From contig AP039704.1 of NCBI GenBank assembly GCA_051599415.1, positions 124,001 through 188,000 of the forward strand: a stretch of DNA of 64,000 nucleotides, given 5' to 3'. Below the pieces are notes generated by a model, which was given only the letters and a program-made list of their open reading frames with translations, was not told where the DNA came from and made no database searches. The position numbers and the translations under genes are program-made. The stretch comes from Savitreella phatthalungensis. Lineage: Eukaryota. Shown piece by piece: positions 21,802 through 31,538 of the stretch; positions within the stretch are counted from its first letter, which is position 1, and every line of letters begins with the position of its first letter.

Positions 21802-23271
21802 TTAGACCTCCTCCTCCTCGGCGTACTCCTCGTCCATGTCGTCCGTCGACGCCTCCTGGTACTGCTGGTACTCGGAAACGAGGTCGTGCATGTTGGATTC
21901 TGCCTCGGTGAATTCCATCTCGTCCATGCCCTCGGACGTGTACCAGTGGAGGAAGGCCTTTCTGCGGAACATGGCGGTGAACTGGTCGCCCACTCGCTTG
22001 AACAGCTCCTGGATCGAGGTCGAGTTGCCGATGAAGGTCGAGGACATCTTGAGACCGCGCGGTGGGATGGAGCAAAGTGCCATCTGGACGTTGTTGGGGA
22101 TCCATTCGACAAAGTATGACGAGTTCTTGGTCTGGACGCTCCGCATCTGCTCCTCAACCTCCTTCATCGACACCGCTCCACGGAAGTAGGCGGCAACGGT
22201 GAGGTAGCGACCGTGACGTGGATCGGCTGCGGCCATCATGTTCTTTGCGTCGAACATCTGCTGAGTCAACTCTGGCACGCTCAGGTTGCGGAATGAGTGG
22301 GCGCCGCGGGAGGTGAGCGGGGCAAAGCCGACCATGAAGAAGTGGAGACGTGGGAAGGGGACCATGTTGACTGCGAGCTTGCGCAGGTCGGAGTTGAGCT
22401 GTCCGGGGAATCGGAGGCAGGTGGTGATGCCAGACATGACGGCTGAGACGAGGTGGTTGAGGTCACCGTAGGAAGGTGCGTTGAGCTTGAGGGTGCGCAT
22501 GCAGATGTCGTATAGAGCCTCGTTGTCGATACAGAACGTCTGGTCGGAGTTCTCGACGAGCTGGTGGACGGAGAGGGTTGCGTTGTAAGGCTCGACCACT
22601 GTGTCGGAGACCTTGGGTGACGGCAGGACGGAGAAGGTAGCCATCATCCGGTCAGGGTACTCCTCACGGATCTTGGAGATGAGGAGGGTGCCCATACCGG
22701 CTCCTGTGCCACCACCGAGGGAGTGGGTGATCTGGAAGCCCTGGAGACAGTCACAGCCTTCTGCCTCGCGACGGACGACCTCGAGCACAGAGTCGACGAG
22801 CTCTGCGCCCTCGGTGTAGTGTCCCTTTGCCCAGTTGTTTCCAGCGCCGGACTGTCCGAAGACAAAGTTGTCTGGGCGGAAGAGGTTGCCGAAAGGTCCA
22901 GCGCGGACTGCGTCCATTGTTCCTGGTTCGAGGTCGACGAGGACTGCGCGAGGGACGTACTTGCCTGCAGCGGCCTATTGATAAAAGAGAGTCAGTCTCT
23001 AGATGATGATGTGGAGATAAGGGAATTCTCTGGTAGAGCTTACCTCGTTGAAGTAGACGTTCATGCGCTCCAGCTGGACATCGGAAGTGCCCTGGTAGAC
23101 ACCTGATCCATCGAGACCGTGCTCTCCGGAGATCTGAGACCAGAAGGCTGCACCGATCTGGTTACCGCACTCTGTGAGGGAGAAAGGTCAGTATTGAGGG
23201 AGACGGAGATGATTGATGAGAGGGGAGAAAGGAGACGTACGTCCTGTCTGAAGGTGAACAATTTCCCGCAT
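21802..23271 (-). CDS. TUB2: Beta-tubulin, 443 aa, 3 exons (23271-23241, 23171-23044, 22974-21802)
   Basis: Splicing out two 69-nt introns (23240-23172 GTACGT..CTGAC..CAG; 23043-22975 GTAAGC..CTGAC..TAG) gives [17 protein letters not shown]...[32 protein letters not shown] motif and acidic tail present. Confidence 0.98.
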
Positions 23272-23410
23272 GGTGGTGTATTAGAGTGTTTGATGAGCGT
23301 CGTGCTTGAGAGGTTGAAGACCCGTAGATGATCCTTTCGACGGATTGAAAGGAATGTGAAGTGATGAAGGGGTTAAGGTTGTAAGGTTGGAGGAGGGGGA
23401 TGTTGGCTCC

Positions 23411-23437
23411 TTGTTGTTGTTGTTGTTGTTGTTGTTG
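23411..23437. repeat. (TTG)9 microsatellite in the beta-tubulin 5' region; (GT)n tracts follow at about 23685-23740
   Basis: Read directly from the sequence. Confidence 0.9.
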
Positions 23438-24386
23438 TTTTTCCTGGAGGAAAGGTAGGTGGATTGGAAAGGGGGTTTGGTGATGGCCTGATGAATGGGA
23501 TGTTTTGGTGGTGATTGTGTGTATGTGAGTGTGAGTATGAGTGTATGGACTGAGGTTGGCGCGTAGAGGTGAAGGTTGGAAAGAGGTAGAGAGGATGAGG
23601 AGGAGGAGGAGGAGTGACCTGGAGTGTGTACACAGAGAGAGAGGAGACCTGGGAGTAGAGGAGGGTGTAGTGACCGTGGTGTTGGTGTGTGCGTGTGTGT
23701 GTGCGAGTGTACGTGTGTGTGTGTGTGTGTGTAAGTGTGTGTAAGTGCGTAGAGAGATCGAGAGAAAGTGAGAGTGAAAGAGAGAAAGTGGTTAAAGCAG
23801 AATAGAATTTTAGTAAATAAATGAATTTGGCTCTGGCTAGGGTGAATACTCATATTTTCGTGTTCGGGGGTTGAATCCAATTTGACCTGATCTAGATTGG
23901 AAACGCGCGAAACTCGAAAATAGTCTAATCACCAGCTCTCTGTAGCTCTAATATACTTAATTGACGTGGAATTTAAGTAAGAAGAATATTGTTTAAGCAA
24001 GAATCAAAACAAATCAATGGGGTAATCCACGTGGACGCAGATCTTTTGCATCCAGCTTCAATTGCACGTGCACACCAACAACTTTGTTCCATCTTACATC
24101 TCTGTTCTGGTTCAGCATTCCATGTCCTAGGTCGTCTCATCCCTGTGGAATCGATGGCCATGGACGCTTGGGTGATGACACTGTGGAGGATATCAGAAGA
24201 AAGACATCGAGCTAAATGCTATATTTGATGACTGACTCTCTCATCTACTTGCTCGCTCTCTCATTCACTCGTTCACTCTCTCACTTTCTCGTTCACTCAC
24301 TCGCTCTCTTTTGCTCTCTTCACTCTTTCTGCATAGGTGTTTGTGTGTATAGGTATGAGGAAAAGGGGTAGCTCTGGGTCCAATCA

Positions 24387-25757
24387 TTACCACGATCTTG
24401 AAAGCAGAATCTGAACCGTATTGAGCGCTTCATACCTCACATCTGCATCCGAGTGACCCATTAATTCCATCACCTTGCTCTTTGCTCCCAGTTTCTGTAC
24501 CGAGGTTCTCCCTTCTGGGTTCGCTTTGACGAACTGACCGATATCATTCGCTGCAATGGCGAGCGTGATGTTGGTTGTGCTGGATGGAGACTTTGACGAT
24601 TTCGATGTTGATGAATTGTCAGACGGTCCTCCATTCTGCCCGTTGCTAGTACTGCTGAGGCTGGTGCTGCCTCCGGCGGTGGCCATGAGTCTCGCAAGCT
24701 GCTTCAGCACCTTGTTGTCATTCTCCTCGAGTTTCTTTGCATTCTCCTGCCAGAAGGTGGAATCTCTGTGTACTGGCGAGGTCCAGGTGAGCTTGCCGCT
24801 CTCGATTTCTGATACGTACTGGTCAAACGTTGTCAGCTCCTTCTGCTGCCTCTCCAACGCCTCCTTCAGCGTCTCGAGATCCTGCTGGATATCCAGGTCG
24901 TTCCACCGCCGATTCGTCAGCGTCTCTATCGGCTGCTGCAAATCCATCATCTTCCGCAGATTGTCCCGGGACAGATTCCCCAGGATCGACAATGCCACCC
25001 GCGTGATCTTCTCCTTTGTCGACGTCCTCAACACCTGATCTAGCACGGAGATGAGCGAGAGCGAGTCGTCCAGCTGCTTCGCAATCTCTCTATCAAACGA
25101 CAACAACCAGACGACGAGCAACGTGTTGTAACGCAGCTGGATGGATTCACGCGCCAGCATTGTCTTTAGAAGTGTCTTGTTCTCTCCATGTGACCAGAAG
25201 GCTTTGCGAGAGGCTGAGGTCCTGAGAACAGAGGAGAGTGCTTGTGCTGCGAGATTCTGGAGGTCTTCGTTGGCGTCGTGGATGCCTGCGATCTTGCGAC
25301 AGTAGTCCTGGATCTTGTGGATCGCATCCTCGGTTGCGCCGTTATCACCGTCTCCGGTCCCGGCAATCAGCAGCTGCACACGCAGCGACAACAGTGCAAC
25401 CGTCTCGTCCTCAGAGTCCCCCATCAGCCGCGTCAGCGCATCCCACGGTTGCTCACCACGCAATGCACTGGCAAATCCGTCATTCTCACCGTTGCTCAGC
25501 AGATCGGCAGCAAGCACGAGCACATACTGCTGGATATCCACTCTCTTGACACGTTCTAATATGTCCCTGATTAATCGAGCCCAGGCTGTCACATCCTCCA
25601 CCTGCCGCTTCTTCGAGCGGTCAATCGACTTGATGTTCCGCAGCTCGTCGTCAGTGATGAGACCTGCGCGCGCATACCCTTCCCACGGAATAGGTCGGGC
25701 CCGCACATTGTCTGCGAGAGCGTCCAGGTAGGGAGAGATCAAGCTGCCCGAGGACAT
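24387..25757 (-). CDS. VMA13: V-type ATPase V1 subunit H
   Basis: VRARPIPWEGYARAGLIT, IQLRYNTLLVVWLLSF, KEKITRV, LTTFDQYVSEIESGKLTWTSPVH..FWQENA, AIAANDIG, VRYEAL. Confidence 0.95.
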   Translation of the reverse strand: MSSGSLISPYLDALADNVRARPIPWEGYARAGLITDDELRNIKSIDRSKKRQVEDVTAWARLIRDILERVKRVDIQQYVLVLAADLLSNGENDGFASALRGEQPWDALTRLMGDSEDETVALLSLRVQLLIAGTGDGDNGATEDAIHKIQDYCRKIAGIHDANEDLQNLAAQALSSVLRTSASRKAFWSHGENKTLLKTMLARESIQLRYNTLLVVWLLSFDREIAKQLDDSLSLISVLDQVLRTSTKEKITRVALSILGNLSRDNLRKMMDLQQPIETLTNRRWNDLDIQQDLETLKEALERQQKELTTFDQYVSEIESGKLTWTSPVHRDSTFWQENAKKLEENDNKVLKQLARLMATAGGSTSLSSTSNGQNGGPSDNSSTSKSSKSPSSTTNITLAIAANDIGQFVKANPEGRTSVQKLGAKSKVMELMGHSDADVRYEALNTVQILLSRSW

Positions 25758-26422
25758 TGCCTGACGAGGGATAGAGAAGGATGAAGTTCGGGGGAGGATA
25801 TGGAGAAGGGAAAGCTCAGCGAGAGAAAAGAGAAAGAGACAGATAGAGAGAGAGGTGCTGGTCAGCGGTCAAACAGAAGGAAGAGCTTGAGGAAGCGCTT
25901 GATTGTGTGGTGAATGGTGTATATCTGAGAGCAGAACCCAGGTGGGCGTTCGAGCTGATTTCTTCCTCTTTCTCTCTCTTTCTATATGATCTACCTCAGA
26001 TGAGTCTGCAGATGGTATACACTGCGCTGGATCGATGTGCTGCGCTGGATCGATAGGCTGTGCTGTACTGTGCTGTACCGTGTGTTGCTGCGCCTGAGAG
26101 GCTAGCCTAGTGCCCCGTCGTCATCGAACGTAACCCGATGCACGAGATAGAAAGCATCAAGGACAGCCAGCATCATGCATGCACCTAAGGACATTATTGA
26201 ATCCTCAGCCAGCTACTATCCAGAATCAATAGATGTCGAATTCACATTTCCAGGTGAACGCTATACAGCTCAAGTAGATAGAATTCAGCCAGACATCACA
26301 CCTCACCCTTCAACTCACCCTTCAACAGCTTGAATCACAACTCAGCCTTCGATAGCTTGAATCGCCTTGAATCACCCCCTCAAAGATCCCCCTACTTATA
26401 CCTTGGATTTGGCAAATTCACG

Positions 26423-26539
26423 GCGACCGTCGTCTAGTGGTTAGGACACTCGCTTGTGGGGCGCAGATTTCAAAGCTTTTCAGGCTGAATTCTGTGCAAG
26501 AAACCGCGAGCAACGCTCGTTCGATTCGGGCCGGCCGCA
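26423..26539 (+). tRNA. tRNA-His(GTG) with a 45-nt intron (26460-26504)
   Basis: Acceptor GCGACCG/CGGCCGC+A. D arm GTCT-AGTGGTTA-GGAC. Anticodon stem CTCGC/GCGAG with TT-GTG-G and the intron at canonical 37/38. T arm GCTCG-TTCGATT-CGGGC. Oligo-T follows. Confidence 0.92.
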
Positions 26540-26543
26540 CGGC

Positions 26544-26561
26544 TTTCTTTTTTTTATTTTT
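26544..26561 (+). terminator. RNA polymerase III terminator (T runs)
   Basis: TTTCTTTTTTTTATTTTT immediately 3' of the tRNA. Confidence 0.8.
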
Positions 26562-27050
26562 CTCTTTTCTCTTTCCCTCGCCAAATTCCTTTTTTCTTTT
26601 TTTGGATCTCCGATTTATGCTGTACTCGCCACTTCCATTCCAAACACGGCATGGTCTCCCGGCATAGTCTTCCAGTGTCGCTCGGGCGCTCTTTTTGAGC
26701 TATTCATCCCCGAGAGTGCATAGACTATCTCGTGCTTGGTCGTATCAGAGCCAATCGAGATGCTGTGGGCGCACTTTTGAGTGGCGCATTGGGGTCAGCG
26801 CGACCCGTCAATTGCGTTGATCCGCATACGATAGATGTATCCATGCTCATCTATACAAAACATGCCTTGTACCACGTCGGAGTTCCGTGTGCTGCTTCTG
26901 TGGTTGCCTTGTTGACGAGTTGACGAGATAAACACACACGACAAGCTCCATCCATATACACTCACATACTCACAAACTCACGCACGCAATACACCATCTT
27001 CATCGGCGTCGAATTCTCATCTCCACTGATTCACTCCCTCCTGATTCACC

Positions 27051-27890
27051 ATGAGTGTCAACCGAGCCTTCATGGCAATCCTACGGCCATTGAGCCCGCA
27101 CAAGCCAAATCCATCTAATAATCCTGTCTCTGCCTCGGGAAGCACGCCACAATCCTACAGCGCTCCTCCAAAATCCCCAACGAAGAAATCGTCTTGGCGG
27201 CCACGATCACCATTTAAGTATCTTTGCACCATCCCAGACTCCGCTTCGATGCTCAGCGAGACCACGACTGGTGGCGATGCCCATGATGCACCACCACCAC
27301 ATCAGACACTCACCAAATCGTCTGTGTCGTCGACAAGTTCGAGACCGTCGACTCGTCCGCTGAGCATGTCATCGTCCCCACGTCGTCGTACAAATGGTGG
27401 AGGATCTGGCGTGTGGGAGAAACTAGAGCGAGTGTACTTCAGCTCGCCTGACGAGCAGGATGTGTTCAAGCAGCTACGAAGCACCACAGACGGTCCTGTG
27501 CCGTTCGATATCCTGCTCGAATTCATCGACCTTGACATGAAGCTCAGCGACCACCTCGAGCTTGACCCTTTCACTTTCGATGTCTGGTGGGTGAGACTTG
27601 TCGAAGATGCGGTGGCCCTCGCTGCACCTCCACAAACCAGTCACAGTAGCATTACTGGGGCGAGAGGAGTTCAGCTGGATCGCAGGCGTACACACAAGAG
27701 GCCTAGCTGGCATATGCCCGGCGGTGCCTCTGCCATATCAACAATCCGACCTGTCTACGCAGCACTCCCAGTCGCCTCCTCGAAGCCAATTCTCCTCAGA
27801 CGCCAGTACCTCTCACGCAACAGGCCACTGCCTGACCTGTGCGAAGCAGAGGACTTGTTTGAGCGACAACTGAGAACACCGATCGAGTAA
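27051..27890 (+). CDS. Hypothetical protein (279 aa), S/P-rich N-terminus with a small predicted helical core
   Basis: ATG in CACCATG context after a CA/CT-rich leader like neighbouring genes. Fills an otherwise empty interval. No family recognised. Confidence 0.6.
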   Translation: MSVNRAFMAILRPLSPHKPNPSNNPVSASGSTPQSYSAPPKSPTKKSSWRPRSPFKYLCTIPDSASMLSETTTGGDAHDAPPPHQTLTKSSVSSTSSRPSTRPLSMSSSPRRRTNGGGSGVWEKLERVYFSSPDEQDVFKQLRSTTDGPVPFDILLEFIDLDMKLSDHLELDPFTFDVWWVRLVEDAVALAAPPQTSHSSITGARGVQLDRRRTHKRPSWHMPGGASAISTIRPVYAALPVASSKPILLRRQYLSRNRPLPDLCEAEDLFERQLRTPIE

Positions 27891-28237
27891 TGACATCTCC
27901 TTAGAATATCATCCTCAGTTGCCACCGCCAATCTTGTGCATCTCGTCTATGCCTACCTCGCAACCACCCATTTGCACGTGCTGTTATTGTCAAGGACAAG
28001 CCAGATCTGAGCAGATGCACAAACAGCCAAACACTTGGAAGATCGATCAAATTATTATCCAAACCAAGTAATTCTCAACTGTTCCTTCTACGTGCCTGAA
28101 GATACACATGCACTCGAGCACTACTGTCTACAGCATTGAGGCAGAAACTTTAGACTAGCTTGAGCGGCTTTCTAGTCGAGCTAGGTGTGGCTTTTTGGAT
28201 ATAGGAGCGTTGCTTGTTGGCTACAGGAGCGCCGCTC

Positions 28238-31147
28238 ATGTCCTCGCATGATAAGCGTGCAGAACGCCGGCGGCACGGTAAGAACAAAGCTGACAAGAGA
28301 GAGTCAACACAACGGCATGATCTTCTCAAGGAGATTGAAGCCTTGGGTGGAGATGCTGAGGATCTAGTCCTGATCGAAGGAGTAGATTCGGACGAAGAGA
28401 ATGTTCCGGATGCTTCAGCAGCAACTGGCAAAGCAGTAAAAACATCTCAAAAGCCAGCCGGACTCGGCAAAGAGCTACGGAAATTCGCTCAGGGACTTGG
28501 CTTCGGGACTGGCAACAAGTCCTTTATCGATGAGCAGACAGTGGACGACGATGACGATGACGATGAGGATGGAAATGAGTCCGACATAAAGGAAGAAGAA
28601 GTGAAAATTGAGACCAAGAAGAAATCCGTTGCAGAAGTCAAGATGAATGGCAAAGCTGCCGCGGCTGCACAAGACGACGACGCTGACTTCAAAATCCACA
28701 CGAAACGATCACAAAACGGCCTCTTGATCGAGGCCGGTACACAATGGCACGAAGTCGAGCTCGATGTCCTGCCTGAGTCTGGCGAGACACCGCCGTTCGT
28801 CATCGAGCGGTTGCACACAAAGGCTATAGAACTGCTCGAGCGCGAAAATGAGACGTACGCTAAGGTTCAGCGCTCGACATCACGACAGTTCCTGAGCACG
28901 ATTATGAAGTCAGGAACATTGCCTGATCGGATCAGTGCTCTCACGCTAGTCGTGACAGAGTCACCGATCCACGCCATAAAGACATTAGAGACCTTGCTCA
29001 GCATGTGCCGGAAGAAGTCGAGAAACGAGGCAGTGTCCACGATCGCTGCTGTCAAGGATCTCATGCAGGGCACACTCTTGCCAGATCGCAAGCTCATCCC
29101 ATTCAAAGAGCGCACATCCCACTCGAAAGCCTCTGATCGTCATTTGATCATCTGGGCATTCGAAGACATGCTCAAGTCGCTGTACTTTGACTTGCTTGGC
29201 GTCATCGAAGGGCTGAGCATCGATCCACTGCCTTTTCCGCGCAATCACATGGTCCGTTACGTTTACGATCTGCTTAAAGACAAGCCTGAACAGGAGGCCA
29301 ACCTTCTTCGACTGCTGGTCAACAAGCTAGGAGACAAGGATTCGAAGATTGCTTCAAAGGCATCCCACTTCATCCTTCAGCTTCAGCAAGCCCATCCGAT
29401 GATGAAAGCCATCATTGTGCGTGAGGTTGAGTCTTTCCTGTTCCGCCCACAAACCACATCGACTGCACAGTACTATTCCGTCATCACGCTCAACCAGACA
29501 ATCTTATCTATGAAGGAGCAGGACGTTGCAAATCAACTCGTCGAAATCTATTTCACCTTCTTCAGCAAGCTGGCAAAGGCGCCGGCGCAAGAGACCGTGG
29601 CACCCATTGACACACGGACCAATCGAAAGGGCAAGAAAGCGGCGGCAAAGGCCGTGCAGACACAGACAGAGGACGATGCGCAGGCTTCCAAGATGCTCTC
29701 GGCTGTGCTGACAGGCATCAATCGTGCATTCCCCTTTTCCGCTTTGGACAAGTCAGTGTTTGCAAAGCACCTCGATGCGCTATACCGCATCACGCATGAC
29801 GCCAACCTGAACACCGCCATCCAGGCGCTCATACTTCTGAATCAGGTGGCACAGTCTGACAAGACTACAGCCGACCGATTCTATCGCACACTTTATGACT
29901 CGCTATTCGACAATCGCCTCATCACGTCATCGAAGCAGGCGCTCTACCTCAACACCTTCGTCAAAGCACTGAAAAACGATACAGATGCAGCGAGGGTGAA
30001 GGCATTCGCGAAGCGCCTGGTTCAGAGCATGACTCTACATCAACCGAGCTTCATCTGTGCTGCATTCTATCTCCTAGGCGAAGTCGAAACGGTGCACAGC
30101 CTGCGAGGACTACTTACAGGAGAAGTCGCTGATGGGGACGAAGAGGTCAAGGAAGAGGATTCTAAGCCCACGGTATATGACCCGAGGCAGCGGGATCCGC
30201 GCTTCGCCCGAGCTGCAGGCTTCTACGAGCTTTCACCCTTCCTTCGACACTATCACCCTGCCGTTTGCATGTTCGCAGAAGCTTTCATGCAGCGAAAGAA
30301 GATGCCCGGAAAGCCGGATCTATCGCTCCACACACTCTCCCACTTCCTCGACCGCTTTGTTTACAGGAATGCAAAGACAAAGGCAACCGACCGCGGTGGC
30401 TCGATCATGCAGCCGCAGCAGGTGTCTGGCGCACAAGGTCGGGAAATGGTCCTCAACCTTGGCAAGGCAGCCAACAGGCCACCTGTCAACAGCGACTGGT
30501 TCCTAAAGCAGCGTGAGCGAGACGTCGCGCCAGAGGACGTCTTCTTCTACAAGTACTTCCAGGACAGAAGTCGGGTCAACCCGCAGGCCGGCAAGAACAA
30601 CAAGAAGAAAGGCGTCACTGCGGACGGAGAGTTGGACGAGGACGACGTCTGGCAAGCACTCGTCAACAGTCGGCCGGAAGTCGAAGCTCCGTCAGACGAC
30701 GACGACGATGACGATTCCGAACTCGACGCCATGGCAGAAGCCATGGAAGACGAAAGCGACCTCGAGCTACCTGACGAGGAAGGTGACGAGGCACTTGTCA
30801 TGGACGATGATGATGACGAGGTCGACTCGGCGGACGACGACGAAGGGGACGAGGTGGACTCAGAGGAAGATGTCGAGGACGAGGAAGAGGTCGAAGAGGC
30901 AGATGATGACTCTGTCGAGTTGGTGGAGGATCCTGACTTTGACCTCGGCGAAGACGAGGACGATCTTCTGCCGACTGACAGTGAAGAAGAAGACCAAGTC
31001 GCAGAACCTCCTGCAGCAGGTCAGAAACGCAAGCACTCCGCCGACCCTGACGACAAAGCCAATGCCGACAACAAGGCAAAGGCAAAACGGAAGCAGCGAG
31101 CACCAGCGTTCGCATCAGCCGACGACTACGCTCACTTGCTTGACTAG
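28238..31147 (+). CDS. MAK21: 60S ribosome biogenesis factor Mak21/Noc1 (CBF/CEBPZ family)
   Basis: SGTLPDRISALTL, KPEQEANLLRLLVNKLGD, LTGINRAFPF, DRFYRTLY, YDPRQRDPRFA, HYHPAV, HTLSHFLDRFVYRN, acidic tail, FASADDY end. Confidence 0.95.
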   Translation: MSSHDKRAERRRHGKNKADKRESTQRHDLLKEIEALGGDAEDLVLIEGVDSDEENVPDASAATGKAVKTSQKPAGLGKELRKFAQGLGFGTGNKSFIDEQTVDDDDDDDEDGNESDIKEEEVKIETKKKSVAEVKMNGKAAAAAQDDDADFKIHTKRSQNGLLIEAGTQWHEVELDVLPESGETPPFVIERLHTKAIELLERENETYAKVQRSTSRQFLSTIMKSGTLPDRISALTLVVTESPIHAIKTLETLLSMCRKKSRNEAVSTIAAVKDLMQGTLLPDRKLIPFKERTSHSKASDRHLIIWAFEDMLKSLYFDLLGVIEGLSIDPLPFPRNHMVRYVYDLLKDKPEQEANLLRLLVNKLGDKDSKIASKASHFILQLQQAHPMMKAIIVREVESFLFRPQTTSTAQYYSVITLNQTILSMKEQDVANQLVEIYFTFFSKLAKAPAQETVAPIDTRTNRKGKKAAAKAVQTQTEDDAQASKMLSAVLTGINRAFPFSALDKSVFAKHLDALYRITHDANLNTAIQALILLNQVAQSDKTTADRFYRTLYDSLFDNRLITSSKQALYLNTFVKALKNDTDAARVKAFAKRLVQSMTLHQPSFICAAFYLLGEVETVHSLRGLLTGEVADGDEEVKEEDSKPTVYDPRQRDPRFARAAGFYELSPFLRHYHPAVCMFAEAFMQRKKMPGKPDLSLHTLSHFLDRFVYRNAKTKATDRGGSIMQPQQVSGAQGREMVLNLGKAANRPPVNSDWFLKQRERDVAPEDVFFYKYFQDRSRVNPQAGKNNKKKGVTADGELDEDDVWQALVNSRPEVEAPSDDDDDDDSELDAMAEAMEDESDLELPDEEGDEALVMDDDDDEVDSADDDEGDEVDSEEDVEDEEEVEEADDDSVELVEDPDFDLGEDEDDLLPTDSEEEDQVAEPPAAGQKRKHSADPDDKANADNKAKAKRKQRAPAFASADDYAHLLD

Positions 31148-31538
31148 CTCACACCACCTCGATTCATCGACCCAGCATAGCTCAATCAGCGTTATCCCAT
31201 GTACTTCTATCTACAGACCTTTACAAGAAACGCTTGTGATGATCGTGACCCTGACCAGGGGCTGCCTTGACGCCACGTACTGTGTGCATATTTACAGTGG
31301 CTGCGTAATACGTGATAAATTTAGAAGCATAAGCACATGTAGACAGATCAGCACGTACGTAGGAGGATAAGTGTTGGTGCACAACAGCACGCCTCACGTA
31401 GACAACATCACAAACATCCGTCCTCTACATCCTCAACTTCAATCATTCGTACCTGCTAGCGTCTCAAAGCTTAGACTCGGAAGCGCCGGTACCACTCTTT
31501 GCTGATATGACGTGAGCATTCATAAAAGACGTACAGCC

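Noticed and set aside
24172..24235. GTGATGA...CTGA box C/D-like arrangement (also near 60073-60122)
   Set aside because: Short, no terminal stem, and no rRNA-complementary guide that I could recognise.
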